63,212 bases of DNA, filler included, from 10 parts of 10 records of this genome joined end to end with filler, not necessarily neighbours in it, one strand, 5' to 3'. Positions 37,320 through 48,843 are shown, numbered from the whole stretch's first letter. The notes: generated by a model from the letters alone, not told the origin. Numbers and translations are program-made.

Positions 37320-38492
37320 CTAGTCTTCAGTTGTCAGCTGGCCGGTTTCGCGCTTTACGTCTGTGGCAATCTTGTAAAGGAATGTCAGAGTAAGTGCGCC
37401 GAGTGCGTAAACCATGAAGGAAATCATGAGCTCTTTACCGGTGGGCCAGTAAACAGTGATTTCGTTGAAGGGGTTCGGTGTTTGACCACCGATCAGCAGA
37501 CCGAGGCCCTTATCAATCCAGGTTGCGATAACGAGGATAGCGAGGGACCAGGGCAGCAGCTTCTGGTTGTAACGCAGTTTTGGCGGGATGAGCAGTGCAA
37601 GGCTAAGAATAGCGAAGGCTGCTGCAGTCCACATCCAGGGTACCAGTTCGTGGTGGCCGTGGCTACCGGCGAAGAGGTATGCGATGGAGTGGATATGACC
37701 CGGCATATTGGAGTAGAATGCGGTGAAGATTTCCAGCATGAAGAAGAAAACGTTCACGCACATTGCGTAAGTGATAATAGTTGTGAGCGTACCGATTGCG
37801 CCTTTGCCCGGCTCATATTTGGTGATCTTGCGAACAACAAATACAACGAGGAGCAGAATCGCAGGTCCGGAACAGAACGCAGAAGCCAGAAAGCGGGCAG
37901 CCAGAATAGCAGTAAGCCAGTAGTGGCGGCCGGGAAGGCCTGCGTACAGGAACGCGGTAACGGTGTGAATGGAGAACGCCCAAATAATGGAGGTGTAAAC
38001 CAGAGGTTTAACCCATTTGGGGTGAGACACACGCTGACGGTCACACTCAAGGCAGGTCCAGCCGATAACTACGTTCAGAATCAGGTAACCGTTCAGAACG
38101 ATCATATCCCAGAAGAGGATAGAGTTAGGAGTCGGATGGAATATAATGTTGAGCATGCGCTGGGGCTGTCCGATGTCGACGATAATGAAACCGAGACACA
38201 TGACAACTGCTGCGATAGCCATGAATTCACCCATGATTACCATGCCTTTGAACTTCTTGTAATGATGGAAGTAGTAAGGCAGTACGATCATAACACCGGA
38301 TGCGGCGAGACCGACCAAGTAAGTAAACTGGGCAATATAAAAGCCCCAGGCAACATCACGGCTGAGACCCGTGATGGTCAAGCCTTCCTGAAGCTGTCCA
38401 ATGTATGTGCAGAAACCGGCGCCGATGATGAGCAGCAGGAAACCAATCCAGGCCCAGTACTTCGGTCCGCCTTTTAGAGCTTTTTCGAGCAT
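37320..38492 (-). CDS. dsrP: DsrP (NrfD-family membrane subunit)
   Basis: TGLSRDVAWGFYIAQFTYLVG, DIGQPQR, SIHTVTAFLY, ARFLASAF; follows dsrO. Confidence 0.93.
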   Translation of the reverse strand: MLEKALKGGPKYWAWIGFLLLIIGAGFCTYIGQLQEGLTITGLSRDVAWGFYIAQFTYLVGLAASGVMIVLPYYFHHYKKFKGMVIMGEFMAIAAVVMCLGFIIVDIGQPQRMLNIIFHPTPNSILFWDMIVLNGYLILNVVIGWTCLECDRQRVSHPKWVKPLVYTSIIWAFSIHTVTAFLYAGLPGRHYWLTAILAARFLASAFCSGPAILLLVVFVVRKITKYEPGKGAIGTLTTIITYAMCVNVFFFMLEIFTAFYSNMPGHIHSIAYLFAGSHGHHELVPWMWTAAAFAILSLALLIPPKLRYNQKLLPWSLAILVIATWIDKGLGLLIGGQTPNPFNEITVYWPTGKELMISFMVYALGALTLTFLYKIATDVKRETGQLTTED

Positions 38493-38506
38493 ATCAAGCT
38501 TCCCCC

Positions 38507-39286
38507 CTAGATGATGTAGTAAACGCCCGGCTCGGTGCCTGCGGCAGGTTTCCTACGGATGGTGAAGTTCTCACGCAGAGCCTTTCTCACGTTGGAGTCA
38601 GGATCGTGCAGATCGCCGAAAACAATCGCGCCACCGGATTTTTCTGCACATGCGGGCATTTCACCCACAGCCAGACGCTCTACGCAGAAGTTGCATTTTT
38701 CAACAACACCGCGCATGCGGGTGGGGAACTTCTTGTTGATGGTGTCCATGTCCAGATGGGTTCTGGGATCCATGAAGTTGAAGCTTCTGGAACCGTAGGG
38801 GCATGCAGCCATACAGTAACGGCAACCGATGCAGCGGTGGTAGTCCATCGCTACGATGCCGTCAGGGCGTTTGAAAGTAGCCTTTGTGGGGCATACCCGT
38901 ACGCATGAAGGGCTCTCGCAGTGGTTGCAGAGCAGGGGGAACCTGCGTTTTTCCTGAGCTTCGGAGGGGAAGTTATTTTCCTGTTCAGGAAAAGCTTCAC
39001 CGTAAGTGCCGGACCACAGCCATTTGATGTCCTGTTTGGAATCGATGGTAGGTACGTTGTGGATGTGGTGGCAGGTTTCAGCCAGAGTTTCAATTGCTTC
39101 TTCAGTATTAAGCTTGCGGGTGTCAACGACCATTGCCCAGCGTTTAGCATGCTTGGTGTTGGCGTTCACTTCATAATGGGCTCCACCGCTGGGCCCACCG
39201 GATGCCATGGCAGCGGTGGGAGCGATGCAGAGTCCGGCAGCGGAGAGGCCTGCAAACTTAAGGAAGTTTCTTCTACTCTGTTTCAT
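38507..39286 (-). CDS. dsrO: DsrO (Tat-exported ferredoxin-like subunit)
   Basis: SRRNFLK Tat motif, CNHCESPSCVRVCP, CIGCRYCMAACP, CNFC. Confidence 0.93.
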   Translation of the reverse strand: MKQSRRNFLKFAGLSAAGLCIAPTAAMASGGPSGGAHYEVNANTKHAKRWAMVVDTRKLNTEEAIETLAETCHHIHNVPTIDSKQDIKWLWSGTYGEAFPEQENNFPSEAQEKRRFPLLCNHCESPSCVRVCPTKATFKRPDGIVAMDYHRCIGCRYCMAACPYGSRSFNFMDPRTHLDMDTINKKFPTRMRGVVEKCNFCVERLAVGEMPACAEKSGGAIVFGDLHDPDSNVRKALRENFTIRRKPAAGTEPGVYYII

Positions 39287-39663
39287 TATTTAGCCTCCTT
39301 GGGAGGTACGTGGCAATCCCAGCAGTAGGGAGTTACACTCGCATCAACGTGGCACTTGTCGCAGAACTGTTCCTTGCTGGTGTGGCACTGCATACAGGTG
39401 TTCTGGAGGCTGATGGTGTATTTATCGCCTTTAGCACTGATGTAAGTCCTTTTGCCTTCGCGAAGAGCCATATCTCTCCACTCATCAAGAAGCTTCATGT
39501 GGTTCTCACGCATGTTCTGGGTGGGAGCAACACATACTTTAGCGTTCTTGGGCAGTTCTACCTTGGGTTCTTCATAGCTTCCGCCGATGTTGAACCAGAA
39601 AGGCATGGACACCAGGCCGAGGAAGATAACCAGTCCGGTTATAATTTTTCCACCGTAGTGCAT
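39286..39663 (-). CDS. dsrJ: DsrJ triheme cytochrome c
   Basis: CMQCH, CDKCH, CWDCH; MRENHMKLLDEWRD. Confidence 0.95.
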   Translation of the reverse strand: MHYGGKIITGLVIFLGLVSMPFWFNIGGSYEEPKVELPKNAKVCVAPTQNMRENHMKLLDEWRDMALREGKRTYISAKGDKYTISLQNTCMQCHTSKEQFCDKCHVDASVTPYCWDCHVPPKEAK

Positions 39664-39666
39664 GAT

Positions 39667-39970
39667 TTAACCCTCCTTCCCGGGCAGAGGATTGAAACGA
39701 AGGTCTGTTTCCCTTTCTTTTTCGCCGTCAAGAATGAGGGCGTTACCAACCAGTTCGTGAACACCGCAGACGTCTACGCCGGGAGCCCAGTAGTTGGCCA
39801 GAGGAAGCAGGGTTGCACGGTCGATAGCGCAGATGCAGGAAAGCATGTTTACATCGTGCTGTTCCTGAACGGCTTTCAGTGCATTACCGCGGGGCAGACC
39901 GCCACGCATACGAATTTCCATGATCTCATCAGTGTTGAGGCCGGAACCGCCAGCGCAGCAGAAAGTCTGC
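39667..39970 (-). CDS. dsrK: DsrK, 3' fragment
   Basis: QTFCCAGGSGLNTDE.ME.RMRGGLPR, CICAIDRA, GVHELVGNAL. Confidence 0.92.
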
Positions 39971-40070
39971 NNNNNNNNNNNNNNNNNNNNNNNNNNNNNN
40001 NNNNNNNNNNNNNNTTAATTAATTAANNNNNNNNNNNNNNNNNNNNNNNNNNNNNNNNNNNNNNNNNNNN

Positions 40071-40734
40071 TCTCTCCCATCTGCATAAAGATTTCCAGGG
40101 ATACTGTTTTCTTTCCCTCCATGGTCATGGGATTCCAGGCCGTATTCCTGTTCATGCCGCCGAAGGCCTCGGAGTACTCCAGGGACAGGTCGTAGGCCAT
40201 ATCGTAATTTCCCGCGACCTTGTAGACCGTGGCTCCATACTGGAGGGCCTGGATCATTTTGGCGGGAGGGGCGGCTTCGGGAAGGAAGAGAACGATCTTC
40301 TGACCCGCCGCGGCGCCGATGCCGGCCATGGAGGAGCCTGCGTTGCCGGTGGACGCCAGAACGATGGTGTCTATGCCGTGCTGTTTGGCAAAGCCCGAAA
40401 CCAGAACGGAGGCCCTGTCCTTGAAGGAGCCGGTGGGATTGCCGCCGTCATTCATTACGTAAAGGCCCTCCATGCCCAGCTCCTCCTTCAGGCGCGCGGG
40501 CTGCCAGAGCCTTCCCAGACGACCGGGAACGGGAGGGAGATATTCTTCGGGAACGGGCAGCATAGCGCTCAGCCAGTTTCCGCCCTCCGGCGCCTCCCCT
40601 TCGAGGGCTACCTCGAGAACGCCCCTCAAGGGCTCGTCCGCCCTCTGTCTTCCGCTGCAGGAGGGGCAGGTCGTGAGCCCGGGAGCCAGGTCGTAGGTCT
40701 TGCCGCATTCGCTGCATCTGTAACTGAATTGCAT
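40071..40734 (-). CDS. Threonine synthase-like PLP enzyme (3' truncated)
   Basis: N-terminal CxxC..CxxC, NPTGSFKDRAS, ASTGNAGSS, EGKKTVSLEI. Confidence 0.85.
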
Positions 40735-41167
40735 AGGCCATCCTTTTTGTACTGACTAATTGATCAGTTAATAACTGAAATACCTAACGTTGAACACTAT
40801 TGTAGCAGGTTCTGGCGGAAGGAAAAGGGGAATTACTAAATTTTTTGTAAAAATTACAATTTTTTTGTAAGCCACCCTGTTTTCATTCGGAAATGAAGGA
40901 AATGGGATGATGAAAAGAGGGAATGAACTCCTTTACAAATCTTCCTCTCTTCCTGATAATGAGGCGGATGCCCTCCTGTTTTGTGTTCTATCCCCGGGAC
41001 GGCCGTTGGCCTGCCGGGGATGGGGGGTGTCCTACGGCCTTGAAATCAAAGGCTTATCGGAATACAATATTCCTATTGGTCCTGGAAGGACCGCAACGCT
41101 AGAAACGCCGATTCCCCTTTCTCTTCATAAGAGGGAGCCGCATATAACTGGATATAAATAAACTGCA

Positions 41168-42415
41168 ATGCTGATACGTTACGGAAAAAACAGTAAGGGC
41201 CGACTTGTAAAACAGGCAAAGGTCTATACTCTGGATGAGCACGGAATAAGCCGCAAGTCCCTTGACCGGGATGCTGTCAAGGTTACCGAACGCCTGCGCG
41301 CCTCCGGGTACCAGGCTTTTATAGTGGGAGGGGCCGTCCGGGACCTCCTGATCGGGAAGACTCCCAAGGATTACGACATCGCCACCGACGCCTATCCCTC
41401 CCGGGTGAGGAAGATCTTCAGGAATTCCCGGGTCATCGGAAAGCGCTTCCGCCTTGTGCACGTCTACTTTTCCAACAACAAGATCCTGGAGGTGGCGACC
41501 TTCCGGTCTCTGGACGGAAAGGACGGAGAGAATGTTTACGGCACCTTGGAAGAGGATGCCCGCAGACGGGATTTCACGCTCAACGCCCTCTACTATTCCC
41601 CCCGGGAAGAACAGATCATCGATTATCATGACGGCGTCAGGGATATCCGCGGGGGAAAGCTGCGTTCCGTCATTCCCCTGGATACAAGCTTCAGGGAAGA
41701 TCCGGTCCGCATGCTGCGGGCGGTCAAGTACTCCGTTATGACGGGAGCCCGTATTCCCATGAGGCTGGCCGGCGCGATCAAAAGGGATGCTTCCCTTCTG
41801 GGAGACTGTTCGGTTTCCCGGATGTCCGAGGAGATTTTCAAGATCCTCCAGTCCGGTTATGCCGGCGACATCGTCCGCCGGGCGGAGACGCTCTGCCTGT
41901 TCGAACAGCTTCTGCCCCGGTTCCATGACGCCCTGAACCGCAAGGGCGGGGAGGGGAAGGACTTCGCCCTCCGGTTCTACAGGGATCTTGAATTGCTGGA
42001 CGCCTATGTCCGCGAAGAGGGAGACGAGAAGAAACGCGGGACCATGCTCTACTATCTGAGCCGTATCCTCCTGGAAGCCGAGGGGGCTCTCAAATCGGGA
42101 CGGGAAACCCAGTTCTCCGATCTGGTCAATACCTTGAAAGAAGTCCTCAGGCCCATGATCGCTCCCAACAGGGACGTTATGGACGCGGTGAAACTGATTT
42201 TCAAGGAAAACAAATGGAAGGTCCCCCGCAGGAAATCTCCCTTCGCCTCGGAAGGAAGCAAGGGGGGGAAGGGCCGCAGCTCCAGAAGGCGCCGCTCCTC
42301 ATCCAGAAAGGGCGAGAAGGGCGGATCGGAGAAAAAGGCCCCTTCCTCGGAAAAGAAGAGTCAGTCCTCCGGAAAAAAGCTTAAGGACAAAGGGAAAGAG
42401 GACAAGGCCGTCTAG
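41168..42415 (+). CDS. pcnB: Poly(A) polymerase I family nucleotidyltransferase
   Basis: VGGAVRDLL, KDYDIAT, IGKRFRLVHVYF (PAP signature), EDARRRDFTLNAL, EDPVRMLRA, basic tail. Confidence 0.9.
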   Translation: MLIRYGKNSKGRLVKQAKVYTLDEHGISRKSLDRDAVKVTERLRASGYQAFIVGGAVRDLLIGKTPKDYDIATDAYPSRVRKIFRNSRVIGKRFRLVHVYFSNNKILEVATFRSLDGKDGENVYGTLEEDARRRDFTLNALYYSPREEQIIDYHDGVRDIRGGKLRSVIPLDTSFREDPVRMLRAVKYSVMTGARIPMRLAGAIKRDASLLGDCSVSRMSEEIFKILQSGYAGDIVRRAETLCLFEQLLPRFHDALNRKGGEGKDFALRFYRDLELLDAYVREEGDEKKRGTMLYYLSRILLEAEGALKSGRETQFSDLVNTLKEVLRPMIAPNRDVMDAVKLIFKENKWKVPRRKSPFASEGSKGGKGRSSRRRRSSSRKGEKGGSEKKAPSSEKKSQSSGKKLKDKGKEDKAV

Positions 42416-42502
42416 CCCCACGGGCCCGCGGCGTCCGCACTGTCCTTCTCCTGTCGGAGAGATAGGGGATCTCGCGCCGGGGTTCCGTTCTGAGAGGCGT
42501 TC

Positions 42503-43438
42503 CTAGACCTTGCCGACCTTCGTCACCCCGGTCCTCTTTTTTCTCTTGGAAACCTTGGCGATCTCAATATCCACCTCTTCTATAAGGATTCCCGTAAAGC
42601 GTTCCACCTTATCCAGCACATAGGCCTGCAGGTCGTGGAGGCTGCCCCCCAGCTGACGGCCGTATCCGGCGTCGATGTAGATCTTGATCCTGTAGCCCCG
42701 CCTCTCCCTCTTCACAGAGATCTTGATGACCTTGATCTCGCAGTCGTACTCGTCGATGCAGTGAAGGATCATCTGGCTGAGTGCCGCCTCGGAAATCCTT
42801 ACGGTTCCCCTTTTCTTCTGATCCGCGAACTGGGGCGTCACGACCGCTTTCTCGAAGATCTGGGTTTCCTTTTTCAGTCCGAATTTAAAGCTCTTCCGGA
42901 AAAGGATCTTAATGGAGTCGGACAGTATATGGGAGTAGTCGGTCTTCACCTCGATCGAGGGGACGGGGATGATGTGTTTCCCTTCGGAGTAGCGTGACTG
43001 AATCGCCTTGTCTATCTCCTCCCGACTGGCGATATCCTCGATCCGAATGACCTTCTGGGGCTGGGGCAGTCCCAGGCGCTGGGCCATCTTGCAGACCATT
43101 TTCTCCGAGGTGCCGATGAGGAGGATCTTTCTGACCTTCTCCTTTTTCAGGGCTTCCCGGACCTCCAGCCTGTGCCCCGGATCGTCGAAGAGAGCCGTCT
43201 TGATGGCTCCCATATACAGTCTCTCTTTTTTGGCTGACTTACCTGCTATAATGCGGTTGTCGTTGATAAGGAGACCGTCGTCTATCATAAAGGGAATGCT
43301 GTATTTTTCTGCCAGAAGGCGGGCTCTGAAGCTTTTTCCCGTTCCGCTCTTGCCCACCAGGGCATAGACATTGACTCCGCCGAGGGCGGTAAACACGGAG
43401 CCAAGAAAGTTTTTCATTTTATCAGTGCCGGAACTCAT
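42503..43438 (-). CDS. P-loop protein with Asp23/Gls24-like C-terminal domain
   Basis: GKSGTGKSFRA, IDDGLLI, GKHIIPVP; C-terminal G.VRISEAAL...LQ.YV...VERFTGILIEEVDI. Confidence 0.75.
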   Translation of the reverse strand: MSSGTDKMKNFLGSVFTALGGVNVYALVGKSGTGKSFRARLLAEKYSIPFMIDDGLLINDNRIIAGKSAKKERLYMGAIKTALFDDPGHRLEVREALKKEKVRKILLIGTSEKMVCKMAQRLGLPQPQKVIRIEDIASREEIDKAIQSRYSEGKHIIPVPSIEVKTDYSHILSDSIKILFRKSFKFGLKKETQIFEKAVVTPQFADQKKRGTVRISEAALSQMILHCIDEYDCEIKVIKISVKRERRGYRIKIYIDAGYGRQLGGSLHDLQAYVLDKVERFTGILIEEVDIEIAKVSKRKKRTGVTKVGKV

Positions 43439-43552
43439 AGCCTTAAATATAATAGATCCCCGCGCCGTGGTAAATGGAAAACGGTTTTCCCCCGTTCCTT
43501 TTCTTTGTTTCGATTCTTGACAAAGGGGGAGGTAAATCGGAGAATTGTCCCG

Positions 43553-45103
43553 ATGAATTCAACGCTGCAAACTCCAGCCGGAAACAGCTTGTCCGGTCCC
43601 CTTGGTGGGAAGCGTGCGTTCAGGCTATTCGGGCTCCTCCTACTTGTAGCGGGGTTTGCGTTCCTGTTCGCGCTGTTTTCCCACTGGTCTTTTAACGGAC
43701 GCTTCTGGGGGAACTGGTATCCTCTACTGGTTTCTTCGTCCCAGGTGAGCGAAGAGCTGGAGACCTTTCTGTCGGATCTCTCCGGGGGGGATTTGATCTG
43801 CGAATCCGGCAGCACGCTGGAGTTTAACGGCTACGGCGAACCCGAGATCCTGAGGGTCAGCGAGCTGGGCACCGCCGGGGCTCCCTATGCCGATGATCCC
43901 AGGCTCGATCCTTATATGACGGGCAATCCCGCCTTTTTCAACCAGGAAGACTACAAGATTTTCTATCTCCCCGCCCATGTCCCGCCTCTCGTTTACGAGC
44001 ATCGGCTGAACCGGTCGGCATTGACCGCCGACGGCGATTGGTTTCTGGCGGACGGCGGCTTCTCCAGGCTGCCCGCCGCCCTCTTCGTCCTCGTTATCCT
44101 CTGCCTCTGCGCCGGCAGTCTCAGGTTCTGCGTACCGGCCGCGGGCTTTCTCTTCCTTGGTTTTCTTGTTTTTTCTTCCGGAGATAGCCATCTTCTTCTC
44201 GTTCTGGTATTGGCTGCCGTGCCCGTCCGTTATATGATGGATGGGGCGAATCCGTTTTTCGCGGGGATGTTTCTGCTCGCCCTCCTTTGGGCCGGGCTCG
44301 CTTCCGTTCTGGATACGCGCGCCATGGCGGCGCTGGGCGCGCTGGGATGCGTCTCCCTGGGGACGCTGTTCGCTCTGCCACCCGCAAAGCGTTCGGGCTC
44401 CGGCGGCGGGACCGCGAGGAAACGCAGGAGCAACGTGATCAAGGCGGGACGGGATCATGTCCTTTTCGAACCCGTGCCTCTGACCGGACCCGTGGCGGTG
44501 AAGAAAGAGACGGGGACGGGCCTTTTCCCGACGGCGGCCGTTTTCCTGTTCTCCCTGCTGCTCCTGTTGGCCAGCGCAGGGAGGGAGCGTCTTCTGCCGG
44601 CGGGAATCCCCGCTGCCGAATCAAGCGGACTCGCCTGGGATTTCGAATCTCTGTCCCTGGCCGGGGAAAGCCATGAATTCCCGGGGGTGCGGTCCTATTT
44701 CAGGCATCGGGCCTATCAGGATTCGTTTATGTACGGAGGCGATTACAGTCTGCCCCGTCCCGGATCGACGGTGAGTGTGGATGATTTTGTCTGGGAGGAC
44801 GGAGCCGTCGTCAACCGGCCCAGGGTCGTACTCAGCTTTGATACGGAATGGTTTCACGCAACCCTGAGCGACATGGGCGGCTCAGGCTCCGGCAGGTTGA
44901 TGGCCGGTGAGGATTCTCTTCCCCTTATCGTGAGGAAGAGCTCATATATATTCGGAAACTCAACGGGTATGCTGCTTTTTGCCGCGGCATGCCTGTTATT
45001 GAATTTATATATCCGGATCTACGGTATGCACCCGGACCGCCGTGCGGGGTCCGACCGTTTTTCCGGAAAGTTCGTACTTAGGAGGAAACAACAGGCAGCA
45101 TGA
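43553..45103 (+). CDS. Hypothetical multi-pass membrane protein translationally coupled to rnfC
   Basis: Long ORF with several hydrophobic segments; ATGA overlap with the next gene; start uncertain (43505 or 43553). Confidence 0.65.
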   Translation: MNSTLQTPAGNSLSGPLGGKRAFRLFGLLLLVAGFAFLFALFSHWSFNGRFWGNWYPLLVSSSQVSEELETFLSDLSGGDLICESGSTLEFNGYGEPEILRVSELGTAGAPYADDPRLDPYMTGNPAFFNQEDYKIFYLPAHVPPLVYEHRLNRSALTADGDWFLADGGFSRLPAALFVLVILCLCAGSLRFCVPAAGFLFLGFLVFSSGDSHLLLVLVLAAVPVRYMMDGANPFFAGMFLLALLWAGLASVLDTRAMAALGALGCVSLGTLFALPPAKRSGSGGGTARKRRSNVIKAGRDHVLFEPVPLTGPVAVKKETGTGLFPTAAVFLFSLLLLLASAGRERLLPAGIPAAESSGLAWDFESLSLAGESHEFPGVRSYFRHRAYQDSFMYGGDYSLPRPGSTVSVDDFVWEDGAVVNRPRVVLSFDTEWFHATLSDMGGSGSGRLMAGEDSLPLIVRKSSYIFGNSTGMLLFAAACLLLNLYIRIYGMHPDRRAGSDRFSGKFVLRRKQQAA

Positions 45104-45221
45104 GTCGTTTCAATACATTCCCCAAGGGTGGAATACATCCGACGGATTACAAAGAGGCCACCTGCAATAAGGAAATCCAGAATGCAAGTCTGGCCGGTAG
45201 CGTTACCGTTCCCTTGTCTCA
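45100..45221 (+). CDS. rnfC: RnfC/RsxC electron transport subunit, N-terminal fragment
   Basis: MSRFNTFPKGGIHPTDYKEAT...VTVPLS. Confidence 0.8.
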
Positions 45222-45536
45222 NNNNNNNNNNNNNNNNNNNNNNNNNNNNNNNNNNNNNNNNNNNNTTAATTAATTAANNNNNNNNNNNNNNNNNNNNNNN
45301 NNNNNNNNNNNNNNNNNNNNNTTTTTGATCCCCGCGGCTTTGTCAATTAATATTGCATGTTTCCTTTTTGCTCCCCTGTAGCTTGCATCGGGGAGCTTCA
45401 TGAAAGACCTTTCAATTTGTAATAAATTGTATTCCCTTCTTCTCCCCATTGCTTTTGGCCATAAGAAACATTATCATTTTCTTTTAGGGCAGCAGTAGAA
45501 TTCAACTGCAAATATAAGTTCCCGAAAGATAGGGTT

Positions 45537-47537
45537 ATGACTGCGCCTCGGGTTTTAATAGTCGAAGATGAAGTCATCATAGCCGAAGACATGCGTTTGC
45601 GTCTCCAATCCCTTGGATACGACGTCTGTGCATATGTTTCTTCCGGAGAAGAGGCAATCGGGAGCGTTGAACAGGATCGGCCCGATCTCGTTTTAATGGA
45701 TATTATTCTAAAGGGAGATCTCGACGGAATTGAAACCGCCGGACGTATTCGCTCCGTCTCCGACATTCCCATAGTTTTCATGACCGCGTACGCGGATGAA
45801 GAAAAACTGGAACGGGCCAAATTGATCGAACCTTTCGGCTACATTCTCAAGCCTTTTGACGGCCGGGAACTCGGCATTACCATCTCAATGGCCCTCTATA
45901 AAGCCGAAGTGGACGCCCAAAGACGGCAGTCCGAAGAAAAAATTCTCAAGCTTGGAAATGTATTCAGCCTGTTGGGCGTCGACCCCATGGCAAACATAGA
46001 TTTTCTGGTTAAACAGACTTGTGAGATTCTGGATGCCGCCTGCTCGTTATACAACCGTCTGGACGACGCAGGTAAATCCCTGATCGCCTGGTCGGGACAC
46101 AAGCTGCCCCCTGATTTCGATTACAAGGATTCTCCCAATGGGCATATCTGCTATGAAGCCACGATCAAGGGCGGGAACAACCCGGTAATATTGGAGCGGC
46201 TTGAAGGCACTTCATATTATGAATCAGATAAGAATGTAATAAAATACGGATTGAATTCCTATCTCGGGTACCCGATTTTCCTGCAGGGACAAGCAATAGG
46301 GTCCCTGTGCATAGTGGATACGATTGAAAGAATTTTCAGCCCGACGGAAATACATATCATATCCACTTTGGCCAAGGCGGTCTCCCTGGAAGAGGAAAGG
46401 AGCTGGGCTCTCGGCGCCCTGGTGAAAAGCGAAGAAAGCTTTCGAATGGTGGCCGATTTTACATATGATATGGAAACATGGCGGGGCCCGGACGGCGCAT
46501 ATCTTTACGTTTCTCCTTCCTGTGAAAGAATTACCGGTTACACCCGGGAAGAATATATGAACGATCCCAACCTGACGAAAAAAATCATCCATCCGGGAGA
46601 CAGGGCCATGTATTCTTCATGGGAGCGTAATCTGACAGACAGGGGGCCGGAAAATCTTGATTATCGAATAATAACCAGGGAAGGCAGGATTAAATGGATA
46701 GCCCGTGTATGCCGACCTGTTTTTGATGCGAACGGCGCCTGGTTGGGCAGGAGAAGCAGTGCAAGGGACATTACCGAGAAAAAGCTTCTCGAACGAAGGG
46801 TTCAGATGACTCAAAAGCTGGAAAGCCTGGGGGCCGCGGCCGAGGGCATGGCCCATGATTTCAATAACATTATTTCGGGAATCCTCGGCTATTCGGAAAT
46901 GATTCTTTCCGAAACTCCGCCTGAATCCCCGGCAAGGTCCGGCTTGGAAAAAATCCGATCCCTTGGAATTCGCGCCTCCGACCTGACCAGACAAATGCTT
47001 ACTTATTCGGGTAAAGGGGTTTACCAACGGGAGCTTCTGGATATTTCATCCCTTGTGGATAATATGAAGGATTTGCTCGACGCGGTCGGGACCGACCTCC
47101 TGGAAGCATCTTACGAACTGCCGGCGGAATTGCCTCTGATCATGGCCGATCAAAGCCGGATTAAACAATTGATAATGGGCGTGTTCACCAATGCCGTGGA
47201 AGCAATCGGCGATGGGGGCGGAATAATTAAACTGGCGGCTGGAGTAATGCATTGCGATCGGTATTTTCTGGGTAAAACTTACCTGGACGACGGCCTGCCC
47301 GAAGGCGATTATGTGTTCCTGTCCGTAAAGGATAACGGGGTCGGAATTGATCCCGAAATAATGGATATGATCTTCGATCCCTTTTTTACCACCAAGTTTA
47401 CCGGCAGAGGCCTGGGCCTGGCTGCTGTTCTGGGTATTGTCAGAAGTCACCATGGCGCCATCAAGGTGGAAAGCAACCCCGGAAACGGAACGGACGTGAA
47501 CGTCTTTTTCCCAGTGAACAATTCAAGCGGCAGTTAA
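45537..47537 (+). CDS. Hybrid sensor kinase REC-GAF-PAS-HisKA-HATPase
   Basis: [64 protein letters not shown]. Confidence 0.92.
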   Translation: MTAPRVLIVEDEVIIAEDMRLRLQSLGYDVCAYVSSGEEAIGSVEQDRPDLVLMDIILKGDLDGIETAGRIRSVSDIPIVFMTAYADEEKLERAKLIEPFGYILKPFDGRELGITISMALYKAEVDAQRRQSEEKILKLGNVFSLLGVDPMANIDFLVKQTCEILDAACSLYNRLDDAGKSLIAWSGHKLPPDFDYKDSPNGHICYEATIKGGNNPVILERLEGTSYYESDKNVIKYGLNSYLGYPIFLQGQAIGSLCIVDTIERIFSPTEIHIISTLAKAVSLEEERSWALGALVKSEESFRMVADFTYDMETWRGPDGAYLYVSPSCERITGYTREEYMNDPNLTKKIIHPGDRAMYSSWERNLTDRGPENLDYRIITREGRIKWIARVCRPVFDANGAWLGRRSSARDITEKKLLERRVQMTQKLESLGAAAEGMAHDFNNIISGILGYSEMILSETPPESPARSGLEKIRSLGIRASDLTRQMLTYSGKGVYQRELLDISSLVDNMKDLLDAVGTDLLEASYELPAELPLIMADQSRIKQLIMGVFTNAVEAIGDGGGIIKLAAGVMHCDRYFLGKTYLDDGLPEGDYVFLSVKDNGVGIDPEIMDMIFDPFFTTKFTGRGLGLAAVLGIVRSHHGAIKVESNPGNGTDVNVFFPVNNSSGS

Positions 47538-47605
47538 GCCGGAGGATATATTACCCGGTTAAAAAAGGCGCTTTTAATCCAATCCCATTACATTTTTTCA
47601 GCCTT

Positions 47606-48484
47606 TTAATCTCCCGGGCTTGCGGCTGCTTTTATTTCTATTTCAAGATCGTTCCTGAATCGATCGGCCAAATCCGTTCCATGCCGCCGGTCAAAAATCC
47701 GAAGATAATAATGAGTCCAATCAGGGCTTTCATAAGCATCCAACAGCAGCGCCGTTTTTAACAATCCATGGTCGTCCAGTTCGCCGGCCTTGGTAATGTC
47801 TCTCACGAATGCCGCGTCCGAATAAATATGCTGCGATCCGATATGAATATCATTATTGATGAGAAGAGATTTTAGCGGCCGGTTTATTACATTCAGCAGC
47901 TTGTGGAATAGAAGGTCTTCCTTCCTCAGAAAGGCGGATAAGTCTTCAAAAAGAGGCTGGTTTTTGTAAATGGGCGTGAATTCAACCTCACTTACCAGAA
48001 CGAGTACATCTTTGAGCGTGTTTGCACCGCCTTGAAAAACTTCCAACTCGGCTCCCTGAATATCGGTTTTAATAAAATCGATCGGGCCGATATTATTGTC
48101 TGAAATAAACCGGTCCATGCTCATGGTTTTCAAGCTATCCGTCCGGGCGACCCGGATATCTTCAAGGCCGTAAAAAAGACGGTCCAACTCTCTGTTGGGT
48201 TCATACAGCGATGAATGCTCCGGTTTGATGTGATGGAAAAACGATCGCTTCTCCTCTTTCTTTCCAAGGGCGTGCGGGTAAAATCGTACGCCAGCCGGGC
48301 ATTCGTCATTCCACCGTTGGCACATTTTGGCGTCTGCGTCAAAAGCCAACATCTTTGAATTCTTGAATTTTCGATGAAGCTTGTGGAACGGCGCCTTAAA
48401 CTTGTCGGTCGGTCGGGCGCCGATATCCATCATGGTGAACTTTATTTCATATCCGGCTTTTTTTATAATGTCTGGAAGTATCAA
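47606..48484 (-). CDS. FkbM family methyltransferase
   Basis: DIGAR, IDFIKTDIQGAELEVFQG, EVEFTPIYKNQPLF. Confidence 0.88.
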   Translation of the reverse strand: MILPDIIKKAGYEIKFTMMDIGARPTDKFKAPFHKLHRKFKNSKMLAFDADAKMCQRWNDECPAGVRFYPHALGKKEEKRSFFHHIKPEHSSLYEPNRELDRLFYGLEDIRVARTDSLKTMSMDRFISDNNIGPIDFIKTDIQGAELEVFQGGANTLKDVLVLVSEVEFTPIYKNQPLFEDLSAFLRKEDLLFHKLLNVINRPLKSLLINNDIHIGSQHIYSDAAFVRDITKAGELDDHGLLKTALLLDAYESPDWTHYYLRIFDRRHGTDLADRFRNDLEIEIKAAASPGD

Positions 48485-48843
48485 GATCTCTCCATGAATT
48501 ATATAGAATTCCTAATAATCAGCCCGGCCAGAATACACTTTAAGGAGCCTGACGGCAAATCGAAATATCACATTTACACCAGGCGCTTTTGTTAAATTAG
48601 TGTTGACCACTGCATCCGCCCACCTCTGGCGCTGGGCGGAAATCGTCAATGATTTTATGCGATTAACTTAACAGTAAAGTTAATCGTTTATTTTGTCGAT
48701 GAGAGTTAGAGATGGGCGCCGATTCCTGTCGGTCATGCTAATCTGCTTGACCGTGCGGACGAATTAGGGCAAATTGTCTTTACCTGCGTTTTTGCGGCCG
48801 GAGGCGCCCTGGAAATTTAGAACCATGATCCACGGAGGCGTTA

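Noticed and set aside
37482-38477. 331-aa plus-strand ORF
   Set aside because: Antisense to dsrP
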